Source: Firmicutes bacterium HGW-Firmicutes-12 (GTDB lineage Bacteria > Bacillota > Peptococcia > DRI-13 > PHAD01). Taken from it: a stretch of DNA of 56,131 bases. A program made the position numbers and the translations under genes. Positions within the stretch are counted from its first letter, which is position 1, and each line of letters begins with the position of its first letter. The stretch is from NCBI GenBank assembly GCA_002841595.1, contig PHAD01000008.1, forward strand, positions 1-56,131, in the 5' to 3' direction. Below the pieces are notes generated by a model. The model saw nothing but the letters and a program-made list of their open reading frames with translations. It did no database searches and was not told the DNA's origin. Shown in pieces: positions 48,240 to 56,131 of the stretch.

Positions 48240-48980
48240 CTAATGATGAATAATTCCTAAGCAAAATATGATTATTAAACCAAAAATAAATCCTAACCTT
48301 GCGAAATTTGGATGCCTTCTTTGTGACTCTGGCATTAACTCATTCCTGACAATAAAAGCCATTGCGCCGCCTGCTAAGGCTAGTAGAAGGCAGATGAAGT
48401 GTACAGAAATAGTAACAAGCAATAATCCTAGATATGCCCCGAGGGGTGTAAATATACTGATGATTAGGCATATAAGAATTATTTTCCATCTAGACACTCC
48501 CCCCATGGTCAATGGTGCAGCCGTTGCCATACCTTCTGGAATGTTATGAAGTCCTATAGAGAGGGCTATAAGGATACCTAGACTCTCTTTTGCTGAGTAA
48601 CCTACAGCAATAGCTATGCCTTCAGGCAGGTCATGAAGGGCAATACCAACAGCAATTAGATAACCCATTTTAAGGAAGCGGGCATACTGACTAGCGGATT
48701 CAGTAAAAATTAATCCTGGAAATAGTGAAATAAAAATATTAAGACCTAACATAAAGATAAGGCCAAGCATAAAACCGGTTATGGTTGTTAGAATATTACC
48801 ATAATTGAGAGCCGAGGGGATAAGGTCGAAAATTACAACTGCTGTCATCACACCGCCGGCAAATCCCAATAGAATGGCCAATAAACGTTCACCGGGACGG
48901 CCCAGTGCAAGTACTATTAAGGCCCCCAAAACTGTAGCAAGACCAGCCAGCGTACTTTGCCATAATACTTCATAAACCAT
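48240..48980 (-). CDS. zupT: ZIP-family divalent metal (zinc) transporter, ZupT-like
   Basis: Polytopic 246-aa protein with HDLPEGIAIA and GLHNIPEGMA motifs. ATG 7 nt after AAGGAG. Confidence 0.85.
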   Translation of the reverse strand: MVYEVLWQSTLAGLATVLGALIVLALGRPGERLLAILLGFAGGVMTAVVIFDLIPSALNYGNILTTITGFMLGLIFMLGLNIFISLFPGLIFTESASQYARFLKMGYLIAVGIALHDLPEGIAIAVGYSAKESLGILIALSIGLHNIPEGMATAAPLTMGGVSRWKIILICLIISIFTPLGAYLGLLLVTISVHFICLLLALAGGAMAFIVRNELMPESQRRHPNFARLGFIFGLIIIFCLGIIHH

Positions 48981-49141
48981 TGTTTAACTCCTTAAATGAC
49001 TATTGTTTTAGTTACAAGATAGTAGAAAAATAAGATATTTATGACAAAGAAAAATGTCCTTTTCTAATTAAATCAAGAGGGCATATCGTAAGATCCTGTA
49101 AAGTATAAATAAAACATAAGAATTATGAAGGAGGGAAGATA

Positions 49142-49462
49142 ATGAGTATATGGGATAAGGTAAGTAAGACTGCGAAAGGCACAATCACAACAATAGGTTC
49201 TAAATCATCAGAAATGTTGGAGATTGGCAAGTTGAAGCTAAAGGTAAAGCAATTGGAAGATAAAATTGATATCAAGAAAAAGGAAATTGGCGCTTTAGTA
49301 TATGATGTTTATGCAAATGAAGTAGTGTCTGATGAGCGTGCTATTATAGGAATTGTAAATGTCATCAAAGATTTGGAGAATGAGATAAAACAAGCAAAAG
49401 AGAAGATTTCTTTAGCACACCAAAATGAAGGAATAGAAAAAGACGAGGGTAATCAGAAATAG
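49142..49462 (+). CDS. Small coiled-coil hypothetical protein (106 aa)
   Basis: Strong RBS GAAGGAGGGAAG. Heptad-like Lys/Glu-rich sequence. Terminator follows. Confidence 0.6.
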   Translation: MSIWDKVSKTAKGTITTIGSKSSEMLEIGKLKLKVKQLEDKIDIKKKEIGALVYDVYANEVVSDERAIIGIVNVIKDLENEIKQAKEKISLAHQNEGIEKDEGNQK

Positions 49463-49468
49463 TTTGCA

Positions 49469-49500
49469 AACAGGAGGCTTTTGCGGCCTCCTGTTTTTTA
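49469..49500 (+). terminator. Rho-independent terminator
   Basis: AACAGGAGGC / GCCTCCTGTT stem followed by TTTTT. Confidence 0.85.
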
Positions 49501-49572
49501 TGGTACAATATGCAAAATTCAAGAAAAAGAGAAGATAAATATTAGTAATCTACAAATTGAGGGGGTAGACAA

Positions 49573-50007
49573 ATGAAGAGTTTTGAGACGTCGAAATTAA
49601 TTAAAGGGCAAGATATGAATCATCACGATACATTGTTCGCAGGTAGATTAGCAGAATGGTTTGCTGAATCTACTTTTATGGGAGCGTCACAAATATATGG
49701 TAAATATGGAGAGCTAGATCATTTAGTAGCAGTTGAAGTTCATTCATTAAAATTTCTAGGACCGACTTTCAATGGAGACGTTGTTAGGTTCATTTCCACA
49801 GGCATTAAAGCAGGAAAAACGAGCCTTACAGTATATACTAAGGCTCTCAGAAATAATACTGATGTATTAGTAGCCGAAGGTTTTGTAACCTTTGTTTGTG
49901 TAGATGGTGCTAAACAGAAGATACCTCATAATATTGTAATTGAAGTTTTCGAAACTGAAGAAGAAAAAGAATTGATTGCAAAATTTAATAAAATAAAGAG
50001 CTACTAA
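49573..50007 (+). CDS. Hotdog-fold acyl-CoA thioesterase
   Basis: NHHDTLFAGRLAEWF... and a 144-aa size typical of acyl-CoA hydrolase/4HBT proteins. Confidence 0.7.
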   Translation: MKSFETSKLIKGQDMNHHDTLFAGRLAEWFAESTFMGASQIYGKYGELDHLVAVEVHSLKFLGPTFNGDVVRFISTGIKAGKTSLTVYTKALRNNTDVLVAEGFVTFVCVDGAKQKIPHNIVIEVFETEEEKELIAKFNKIKSY

Positions 50008-50012
50008 AGCAT

Positions 50013-50040
50013 AAAAAGCCGCACAATATTGCGGTTTTTC
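50013..50040 (+). terminator. Rho-independent terminator
   Basis: AAAAAGCCGCA caatat TGCGGTTTTT. Confidence 0.8.
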
Positions 50041-50082
50041 TAGCCTACAATACGTGATTATAGAGGTTTGGAGGAAACGGAA

Positions 50083-50454
50083 GTGAGATTATGGCATGAA
50101 GCCTTAATACCACAATTACCTCGCCAACAATTACTAGGACAATGGCGGGAATGTATAGCCTTATTAGGTAATGGATGGGGGAAAAAGCATAAGACAGTAG
50201 ACTATGTTTTTACTTACAGTGATAAAAAGCTACTGCGATATGCTGGCTTGGTTTATGATGAAATGATCAAACGAGGATATTCTCCAGATTACAAAAGAGT
50301 AATTTATGCTTTGAGCAGAAGATATAACTACGAGATTACTGAGGCAAATAGTCTTTTGCATGCTTTAGATAATGAAACCCCATATTCCGAACATAATGAA
50401 GAGTATTTACAAGAATGTTTACTAAACCTTAATACTAAAGGAATTAAGATATAA
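50083..50454 (+). CDS. Pyrimidine-dimer DNA glycosylase (endonuclease V / DenV)-like family protein
   Basis: (M)RLWHEALIPQLPRQQLLGQWREC N-terminus resembles the MRLWH..L...LPRQQLLGQHRE signature. GTG at 50083 lies 7 nt after GGAGGA. Confidence 0.6.
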   Translation: MRLWHEALIPQLPRQQLLGQWRECIALLGNGWGKKHKTVDYVFTYSDKKLLRYAGLVYDEMIKRGYSPDYKRVIYALSRRYNYEITEANSLLHALDNETPYSEHNEEYLQECLLNLNTKGIKI

Positions 50455-50495
50455 ATATAAACAAGTGGGTTATTACCTTTTTAATTTGCCCTTAG

Positions 50496-50514
50496 CGAAC
50501 AGACGTTCTATAAT
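50496..50514 (+). promoter_or_regulatory. LexA (Cheo) box abutting a -10 element
   Basis: CGAACAGACGTTC (50496-50508) fits CGAAC-N4-GTTC. TATAAT (50509-50514) follows immediately, 22 nt upstream of the YolD-like ATG. Confidence 0.7.
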
Positions 50515-50535
50515 AATAGCAGGGGGTGAACTAAA

Positions 50536-50841
50536 ATGGAGAAAAATAGATGGAACCCTGCGTTTATATTACCTGAATTACGAGAAAGATTTATAGATGA
50601 TAAAAAAGAGATTAAAATGAAACCACAGCTTGATGACCAAGAAATTGAGTATATTAATTATTCTTTAACAGAGGCTTTAGAATCCGGGAAAGATATTACC
50701 TTGTTGATATGGTCCCCTGAGGGTCTTAAGAAGCAGGAAGTAAGTATTATGGGTATACAAGGAATAAAATTAAAGGTTAGTATTAAAAATAAAAAAAATA
50801 AAGTCATTCTGTTGGAAGATATTATAAGCGTTATTAGATAA
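50536..50841 (+). CDS. YolD-like protein
   Basis: 101 aa. Pattern ...W.PAFILPE... followed by D-rich and ITL..W segments, as in YolD-like (SOS-associated) proteins. LexA box upstream. Confidence 0.55.
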   Translation: MEKNRWNPAFILPELRERFIDDKKEIKMKPQLDDQEIEYINYSLTEALESGKDITLLIWSPEGLKKQEVSIMGIQGIKLKVSIKNKKNKVILLEDIISVIR

Positions 50842-50854
50842 ATAATTTAATTAA

Positions 50855-50902
50855 AAGTGCACCTCGAATGCTAGACACATATCTAGATTTGCTGGTGCAC
50901 TT
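50855..50902 (+). terminator. Extended hairpin after the YolD-like gene
   Basis: AAGTGCACC...GGTGCACTT outer stem with an inner CTAGA/TCTAG stem. Weak T-tract. Confidence 0.5.
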
Positions 50903-51042
50903 CGTTATGGTTAAAAAAGTTCTTTTTTCATATCAGCAGGAATTGACAAAATAAATCAAGAATAGTTCCTAAATTAATCAATTTTTGTAATAAAAACTAA
51001 GCTAATTAATGCTATATTCTAGGACTAGGGGTAACTACACAA

Positions 51043-52902
51043 ATGATAAATAAACATTTTAGAAATATCAAAAAGGATAACAATACAATAGTGGATAACA
51101 ATTCATTAAGGATTGTTATTTTAGGATGCATAACTATCGTTGTAGCATTAATATCGATGAGTATATTAAGTATGATTATTACCAGTAATGCTGTGCTTAA
51201 TAAGCTCAAGACAAGTGACTTACAGAACATGGCCAGAAGTATTAGTGTGTTCGTTGAAGGGAAAATTGACAAGGCCCTTGATATATCTGTCTTGCTAGCA
51301 AATGATCCCACCGTAGTTGAATGGATTCAGAAAGAAGAACAAAGCAGACTAGAAGGGGAAATCGTACAAGTAAAAATGGCAGAATTGGTCAATGATTTTG
51401 AGTATGATGTTTGCTTTCTTACAAGTGCTGTGACTAATCATTACTGGTCATATAGCAGTGTTGATAAGGAGTTTGTGTTACTGGATACTGTAACACAAAC
51501 TGACAGCAGTGATATGTGGTTCTTTGAAACTTTAAAAATGAAGAAAAAATATGATATTAACATTGATCATAATAAAGAACTAAATGACACGTATGTATGG
51601 ATTAACACCTTGGTGGGTGATATTAATCAACCTCTTGCAGTGAGTGGAGTAGGTATGAATTTAAGCAAGGTGATAAATCAACTTATTGAGGATGAAGAAG
51701 AAAATGAGATAAATAATGATATTTTGCTTGTAGATGGAGAAGGGCAAATATATTTATCTAAAAAACCAGAGTATCTGGAGAAGTCATTAACAGAATATCT
51801 ACCAGGAAACCTAGTACAAGAGATACTAAGAACGAATAATCTGGAAAGTAAGTTTGATATTGCAGATTATGAAACACCTCAAGGAGAATACTTTGATATA
51901 GCGTACAAAAAAATAAAGAATACAGATTGGAATTTAATTGTACAAATACCGCGGGCTGATAGTTTGGGGTTTCTAAAGGCTATTATTATAAACACTATTA
52001 TTTCATGTATTTTGATAATACTTATAATTGTTTTGTTATTCTATTTTATTTCTAATAAAATAGCTAACCCTTATAAGAGAGCTTTACTATTGAATGAGGA
52101 GCTTGAAGAAAAAGTTAAAGAGCGGACGAAGGAGCTTGTGGAAAAGAATAATAGAATAAAAGACAGTATAGAGTATGCAAAAATGATACAGCAAACAATA
52201 CTGCCATCGTCTTATGATATGGGAAAATGTTTAAAAGAGTATTTTATTATTTATGAACCTAGAGATATAGTAGGGGGCGATTTTTACTGGTTGAAGAGCC
52301 ATAGTAAAGGATATCTTGTCATAGTAGGTGATTGTACTGGGCATGGAGTTCCAGGAGCTCTTATGGCAACAGCGGTAAATGCTATGCTTAATCATGTTGT
52401 AGATGGGATTTGTAATGATAATCCTGCGGTTATTCTATATGAGCTAGACAGGCTATTAAAGCAATCATTTAAAATGAACCATAATGAGAAGTTTATATCA
52501 GATGGTGTAGACCTTGGTATAATTTATATAGAAGAGCACAAAGTTATTTTTTCGGGTGCTAACATATCTGTTTTTGTGGTAGACGGTAACAAAATAGATG
52601 AGATTAAAGGAAATAATTGTACAATTGATTATATAAGTGAACAGCAGGATAAGGTTTTTGAGAATTATGAGATCGCCTATAAACAGGGTGTTACGTTATA
52701 TATGGTAACTGATGGCCTTATAGAACAACCCGGAGGGGAAAAGGGTTATCCCTTTGGCAGACGTAGGTTTACAAATTTAATTGAAGCCGCTAGTAAGCTG
52801 GAAATGGATATACAATCATCATATATTCTTAATACTATTAAAGAATATGCAGATGAGCAGATAATTCGTGATGATCTCACACTCCTTGGGTTCAGATTAT
52901 AA
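51043..52902 (+). CDS. SiaA-like sensor phosphatase: TM, Cache-like extracytoplasmic domain, TM, coiled coil, PP2C/SpoIIE phosphatase
   Basis: Two TM segments flank a ~270-aa domain. C-terminal IVGGDFYW... VGDCTGHGVPGALM... VTDGL... RDDLTLLGF are PP2C/SpoIIE motifs. Confidence 0.85.
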   Translation: MINKHFRNIKKDNNTIVDNNSLRIVILGCITIVVALISMSILSMIITSNAVLNKLKTSDLQNMARSISVFVEGKIDKALDISVLLANDPTVVEWIQKEEQSRLEGEIVQVKMAELVNDFEYDVCFLTSAVTNHYWSYSSVDKEFVLLDTVTQTDSSDMWFFETLKMKKKYDINIDHNKELNDTYVWINTLVGDINQPLAVSGVGMNLSKVINQLIEDEEENEINNDILLVDGEGQIYLSKKPEYLEKSLTEYLPGNLVQEILRTNNLESKFDIADYETPQGEYFDIAYKKIKNTDWNLIVQIPRADSLGFLKAIIINTIISCILIILIIVLLFYFISNKIANPYKRALLLNEELEEKVKERTKELVEKNNRIKDSIEYAKMIQQTILPSSYDMGKCLKEYFIIYEPRDIVGGDFYWLKSHSKGYLVIVGDCTGHGVPGALMATAVNAMLNHVVDGICNDNPAVILYELDRLLKQSFKMNHNEKFISDGVDLGIIYIEEHKVIFSGANISVFVVDGNKIDEIKGNNCTIDYISEQQDKVFENYEIAYKQGVTLYMVTDGLIEQPGGEKGYPFGRRRFTNLIEAASKLEMDIQSSYILNTIKEYADEQIIRDDLTLLGFRL

Positions 52903-52921
52903 AATGAAGGGGGAAATAAAT

Positions 52922-53482
52922 ATGGAGTTATCTTTATATGAAATTTACAAAGAACTTAAGTTCAAAAGGATAATATTATGCTATAGTGGGCCTATTGCTC
53001 AAGCAAGTATTGAGGGAGTGGGAAGTACTCTGCGCCGAAATCTTGAAATAGAAGAAGCTGGAAATACTACCAAACTTTCTGTCTTTTCCATGTTTATAGA
53101 GCAGGTTCAGAATGTCTTGAATTATTCAGCTGAGAAATTAAGCAAGACAGAAGAAGATGGCAATGAACTACGCATTGGGGTAAGCGTTATAGGTTATGAG
53201 GAAAATGGGGATTACTTTATTTATTGCGGTAATAGAGTGTATAATTATGATATTCCAAGAATAAGCGAGAGTATTGAACAAGTCCGCAATTTAAGCAAGG
53301 ATGAACTAAAATTACTATATAAAGAACGTAGGAGAATGGAGCCTCAACCTGGAAGTAAAGGTGCAGGACTAGGGATTATCGAGATGGCGAGAAAATCAGT
53401 TATTCCTTTGGAGTATTCCCTTGTAAAAATAGATGAAGAGTTTTCTTTCTTTAGCATCAAAGTCGTGGTTGGGAGGCATTAA
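52922..53482 (+). CDS. SiaB-like protein kinase (RsbW/GHKL-like)
   Basis: ATG after GAAGGGGGA. ...KGAGLGIIEMARKS motif. Sits between the PP2C and DUF1987 genes. Confidence 0.7.
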   Translation: MELSLYEIYKELKFKRIILCYSGPIAQASIEGVGSTLRRNLEIEEAGNTTKLSVFSMFIEQVQNVLNYSAEKLSKTEEDGNELRIGVSVIGYEENGDYFIYCGNRVYNYDIPRISESIEQVRNLSKDELKLLYKERRRMEPQPGSKGAGLGIIEMARKSVIPLEYSLVKIDEEFSFFSIKVVVGRH

Positions 53483-53484
53483 GT

Positions 53485-53865
53485 ATGCAAAAGTTATTAA
53501 TCGAGAAAACAAATTCAACTCCTTTTATAAGCTTTGATGCAAAAGCAAGATTACTAGAGATTAAAGGGGAATCCTACCCGGAAAATGTGGCAAAATTCTA
53601 TACGCCTGTTCTTGAATGGCTACAAGACTATCTTAGTAATGATGAATCAGAAACAACTGCAGTTGAGTTCGAAATATTATATTTTAATAGTAGCTCGTCC
53701 AAGATATTTATGACAATATTTGATATACTGGAGCAAGCAGTTTCAAAGGGTAAAAAGATATTAGTAAAATGGATTTGTGATGAAGGAAATGAAACAGCAA
53801 TAGAGTGTGGTGAAGAGTTTAAGGAAGATTTAGTTCATTTGCCATTTGACATAAAGGTATATTAA
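53485..53865 (+). CDS. SiaC-like DUF1987 regulatory phosphoprotein
   Basis: TNSTPFISFDAKARLLEIKGESYPENVAKFYTPVLEWL and FEILYFNSSSSKIF fit the DUF1987 pattern. Confidence 0.75.
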   Translation: MQKLLIEKTNSTPFISFDAKARLLEIKGESYPENVAKFYTPVLEWLQDYLSNDESETTAVEFEILYFNSSSSKIFMTIFDILEQAVSKGKKILVKWICDEGNETAIECGEEFKEDLVHLPFDIKVY

Positions 53866-53879
53866 CCTGGAGGAACTTT

Positions 53880-54599
53880 ATGAAAAATATATTTGTAAAA
53901 GAAGAACAGGTAGTTGAAGAGGCAGAGAAGCTATTATCCGCAAAGCAGTTTACGGGAGAAGAAGATGCTCAAAACTATGGGGCTTTACTTGCAGAGTATA
54001 AGAGTCTGCTGAACCAGATGATTAAAGTTGTCAAAATATCCGACATTATGCAGTCGGAACTTAAAACGATGTCTGATAATTTTGAAGAGACCTCACGTAT
54101 AGATGTGTTAACAGGGATATATAACAGAAGATACTTTAATGAAAGTTATTTACGTGAATGGAAAAATGCAGTACGTACAAAAACATATCTAGCAGTTCTA
54201 ATGCTCGATATTGACTATTTTAAGAATTATAATGATACTTATGGCCATTTGCAGGGTGATGAATGCCTAAAGGCAGTAGCAAAGGGAATTCAACAAGCTA
54301 TTAAAAGGCCGCGTGATATTGTGACCCGGTATGGTGGCGATGAGTTTGTTGTCTTGTTGCCGGAAACAGAGGCCAAAGGAGCAACGTGTGTTGCCCAAAC
54401 TATTATCGACAATATAGAAAGCCTTGCTTTAGAGCATTCGGGTTCACCTATAAATCATAAAGTGACGGTATCGATAGGAGTATCTTCAATAATCCCCGAT
54501 AAAAGCATAAAAAAAGTTGATAGCCTTTTGAGTATTGCGGATACGGCACTATATATGGCAAAAGAACAGAGGAACTGCTTTAAACTATTAATCAGGTAA
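53880..54599 (+). CDS. SiaD-like diguanylate cyclase (coiled coil + GGDEF with I-site)
   Basis: DVLTGIYNRRYF... DIDYFKNYNDTYGHLQGD... RPRD-IVTRY-GGDEF. The RxxD lies 5 residues before GGDEF. Confidence 0.88.
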   Translation: MKNIFVKEEQVVEEAEKLLSAKQFTGEEDAQNYGALLAEYKSLLNQMIKVVKISDIMQSELKTMSDNFEETSRIDVLTGIYNRRYFNESYLREWKNAVRTKTYLAVLMLDIDYFKNYNDTYGHLQGDECLKAVAKGIQQAIKRPRDIVTRYGGDEFVVLLPETEAKGATCVAQTIIDNIESLALEHSGSPINHKVTVSIGVSSIIPDKSIKKVDSLLSIADTALYMAKEQRNCFKLLIR

Positions 54600-54626
54600 A
54601 ACCAAATAATAAAACTACTTCTTTTA

Positions 54627-54669
54627 GCAGAAATAAATAGCCTTGGATTTTAAGGCTATTTATTTCTGC
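54627..54669 (+). terminator. Rho-independent terminator after the GGDEF gene
   Basis: 18-bp perfect stem GCAGAAATAAATAGCCTT / AAGGCTATTTATTTCTGC. Confidence 0.8.
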
Positions 54670-54911
54670 TATTCTATTGAGCTGATAGGGAGATTTGAAG
54701 GCCCGACCTGCTGATAAGAAGTATGAGAATAGATGTAATGTAATGAGTAAATATTTTTCTTTTTTAACGTTTGTCGAAATATGTAAAAAGTAGTCGCAAC
54801 AAAAGTGTACAGGTAGTATGGGATATTATGTATAATTTAATAGGACGTACTTCAGCATGGACTATAAGTAGATTAGTCTTGTAGAAAGGTTGCGGTTTTT
54901 TGAATAGCCAT

Positions 54912-56131
54912 ATGAGATTATTGAAAATAACCAGTATTTTCGTAATATTGACATTTCTTTTTATGATGGGTTTAGTTCCTAATCGGGATGTAACCCCGGG
55001 AAAGACGCTTAACCCATTGGATCCTAATACAAGAAGTGGCGGAACAGTTCCAAAAACAGCAGGAAGGATCTATGAAAAAAAAATAAGTTTGAAGGAAAGA
55101 GCCACTGAAAAGAGTAGAAGCCTTAGGTCTGGCATGACAGCGGCAAAAGGGAAGTTGAGCACTGACCTGCTACAATTAATAGACGATAGGTTTCTTTTTA
55201 GTTCTATGTCGATAGAAAAGCTAAAAGAAGACATGATTAAGAAAAAACAAATGGTAAGAAGTGGTTCTAAGGTTAGGGGAGTCAAGGCAATCTCCTCTGA
55301 TGCAGTGTATGTTTACATTCAGCTGGGACGCGGTCAGGATCCGACGATCGTCAATCCCTATGTAGCTAATGTTGCTAACACGGATAGAAATAATGGGTTA
55401 GTTGTAGCCTGGGTTGAACCCAGTAAGCTGGAAAGCTTGGCTTCTATGTCGGCAGTAAAGTCTATCCGCACTGTCGAACCGCCAAGGCATAAAATGGGTT
55501 TGGCATATAGCGAGGGAGATTATCAGCTATACGCCAGTGAATTGCGTAATCGGTTAGGATATGCCGGAGCAGGGGTTAAGATTGGGGTTATATCCGATGG
55601 AGTAGATACTTGGACTTGGGCAAGGGATAGAGGAGAGCTACCTGTAAACTTACATGTGTTAAGGAGCGCTTACACTTTAGGCGGTGATGAGGGTACCGCA
55701 ATGCTTGAAATTATTCACGACTTGGCTCCTGCGGCTGAATTGTATTTTCATGATTGCGGTAATGATATTTTGGAGTTTAATGCTGCAATTGACGCTTTGG
55801 TTGCTGCGGGCTGTAATGTTATAGTAGATGATATCGGTTGGCCGTGTGAACCTTTCTTTGCCGATGGAGTGGTAGCTCAGCATGTCAGCAACGTTATTTC
55901 TACAAATCAGATCATCTATGTATCTGCAGCAGGTAATGACGCCCAGATCCACTATCAAGGTGATTTCTATCAAGACATTGCATACCCGGGATATCATGAT
56001 TTCAGTCAAGGTCAAAGCGGGACTCCGGATTTATATGCCTTGGTGCCGGATGGAGGTACTATCAAAGGTGTTCTCCAATGGAATGATCCGCTGCTAGGCT
56101 CTAGCAATGATTATTGTGTCAGGTTATTTGA
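54912..56131 (+). CDS. Secreted subtilase-like (S8-like) protein, 5' part; runs off the window end. Not in the ORF track.
   Basis: Open frame from ATG 54912 to the end. Signal peptide MRLLKITSIFVILTFLFMMG. GVKIGVISDGVD, GDEGTAMLEIIHDLAP and YVSAAGND blocks. Weak RBS. Confidence 0.55.
   Translation, partial: MRLLKITSIFVILTFLFMMGLVPNRDVTPGKTLNPLDPNTRSGGTVPKTAGRIYEKKISLKERATEKSRSLRSGMTAAKGKLSTDLLQLIDDRFLFSSMSIEKLKEDMIKKKQMVRSGSKVRGVKAISSDAVYVYIQLGRGQDPTIVNPYVANVANTDRNNGLVVAWVEPSKLESLASMSAVKSIRTVEPPRHKMGLAYSEGDYQLYASELRNRLGYAGAGVKIGVISDGVDTWTWARDRGELPVNLHVLRSAYTLGGDEGTAMLEIIHDLAPAAELYFHDCGNDILEFNAAIDALVAAGCNVIVDDIGWPCEPFFADGVVAQHVSNVISTNQIIYVSAAGNDAQIHYQGDFYQDIAYPGYHDFSQGQSGTPDLYALVPDGGTIKGVLQWNDPLLGSSNDYCVRLF

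Noticed and set aside
48001-48549. Plus-strand ORFs 48001-48192 and 48268-48549, and the minus-strand alternative frame 47567-47857.
   Set aside because: They overlap the well-supported TSUP and ZIP membrane-protein genes and have no motifs or RBS.
48981-49141. A possible Zur box upstream of the ZIP transporter gene (ATCGTAA half-site at about 49085-49091, plus-strand coordinates).
   Set aside because: Only one half-site is present and no palindromic partner is visible at the right spacing. This cannot be called without a matrix scan.
51012-51311. 99-aa minus-strand ORF overlapping the start of the SiaA-like gene.
   Set aside because: It is antisense to a long, motif-supported ORF and is a hydrophobic low-complexity artefact of AT-rich sequence.
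55680-55730. Apparent replacement of the subtilase His box (HGT) by G-D-E-G-T-A-M in the partial peptidase-like protein, suggesting a pseudo-protease.
   Set aside because: I cannot align the catalytic triad reliably by eye. A His occurs 9 residues later (IIHDLAP), and the Ser box lies beyond the window end. A profile alignment of the full protein is needed.
55070-56097. ORFs 55070-55285 (-), 55677-56015 (-) and 55882-56097 (+).
   Set aside because: All lie inside the 1.2-kb open frame of the secreted subtilase-like protein, which runs off the window and so was not listed in the ORF track.
1-56131. Mobile elements, prophage genes, defence systems, and tRNA/rRNA genes.
   Set aside because: I recognised no transposase, integrase or recombinase motifs, no terminal inverted repeats, no cloverleaf-compatible segments and no defence-gene signatures. 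The absence is stated from visual inspection only.

Overview
This is a chromosomal window from a low-GC, probably spore-forming Firmicute. The Clostridia-like assignment is an inference from gene content (cwlD, ecfA1-ecfA2-ecfT-truA after rplQ, a copper-amine-oxidase-N 'stalk' domain protein), not from a search. nt 1-20170 holds the co-directional tuf / S10-spc-alpha ribosomal protein supercluster (rpsJ through rplQ, including secY-adk-map-infA-rpmJ), followed by ecfA1-ecfA2-ecfT-truA-rplM-rpsI. The remaining ~36 kb mixes housekeeping and accessory signalling genes. It contains a HAD dehalogenase and cwlD. It contains kdpD-kdpE without kdpFABC, next to an unknown-ORF-ktrB-ktrA operon. A MocR-type regulator lies divergent from an ECF S-component. 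An agr-type peptide cassette follows: an unknown polytopic membrane protein, agrB carrying an in-frame TGA, and a 43-aa agrD absent from the ORF track; it lacks agrC/agrA and abuts a polytopic GGDEF+HD-GYP protein. Next come an AmmeMemoRadiSam pair (LigB-like::AMMECR1 fusion plus radical SAM enzyme) and a stand-alone HD-GYP protein. The arginine operon argC-J-B-(D)-F-G-H has an ARG-box promoter and a disrupted argD. Further on are a repeat-rich secreted protein, a minus-strand ZIP transporter plus split TSUP operon, and small DNA-damage genes with a LexA (Cheo) box. The window ends with a four-gene SiaABCD-like module (Cache-PP2C phosphatase, kinase, DUF1987, GGDEF) and the 5' part of a secreted subtilase-like protein. 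I recognised no rRNA, tRNA, CRISPR array, transposase or integrase. The best candidates for something new are (1) the agrBD cassette placed next to c-di-GMP enzymes instead of an AgrCA two-component pair, (2) the Sia-like partner-switch module in a Gram-positive context, and (3) the kdpDE/unknown ORF/ktrBA potassium locus, which has a degenerate KdpD G1 box and 11-bp direct repeats over the ktr promoter. All family calls come from motif recognition by eye. No database search was run.
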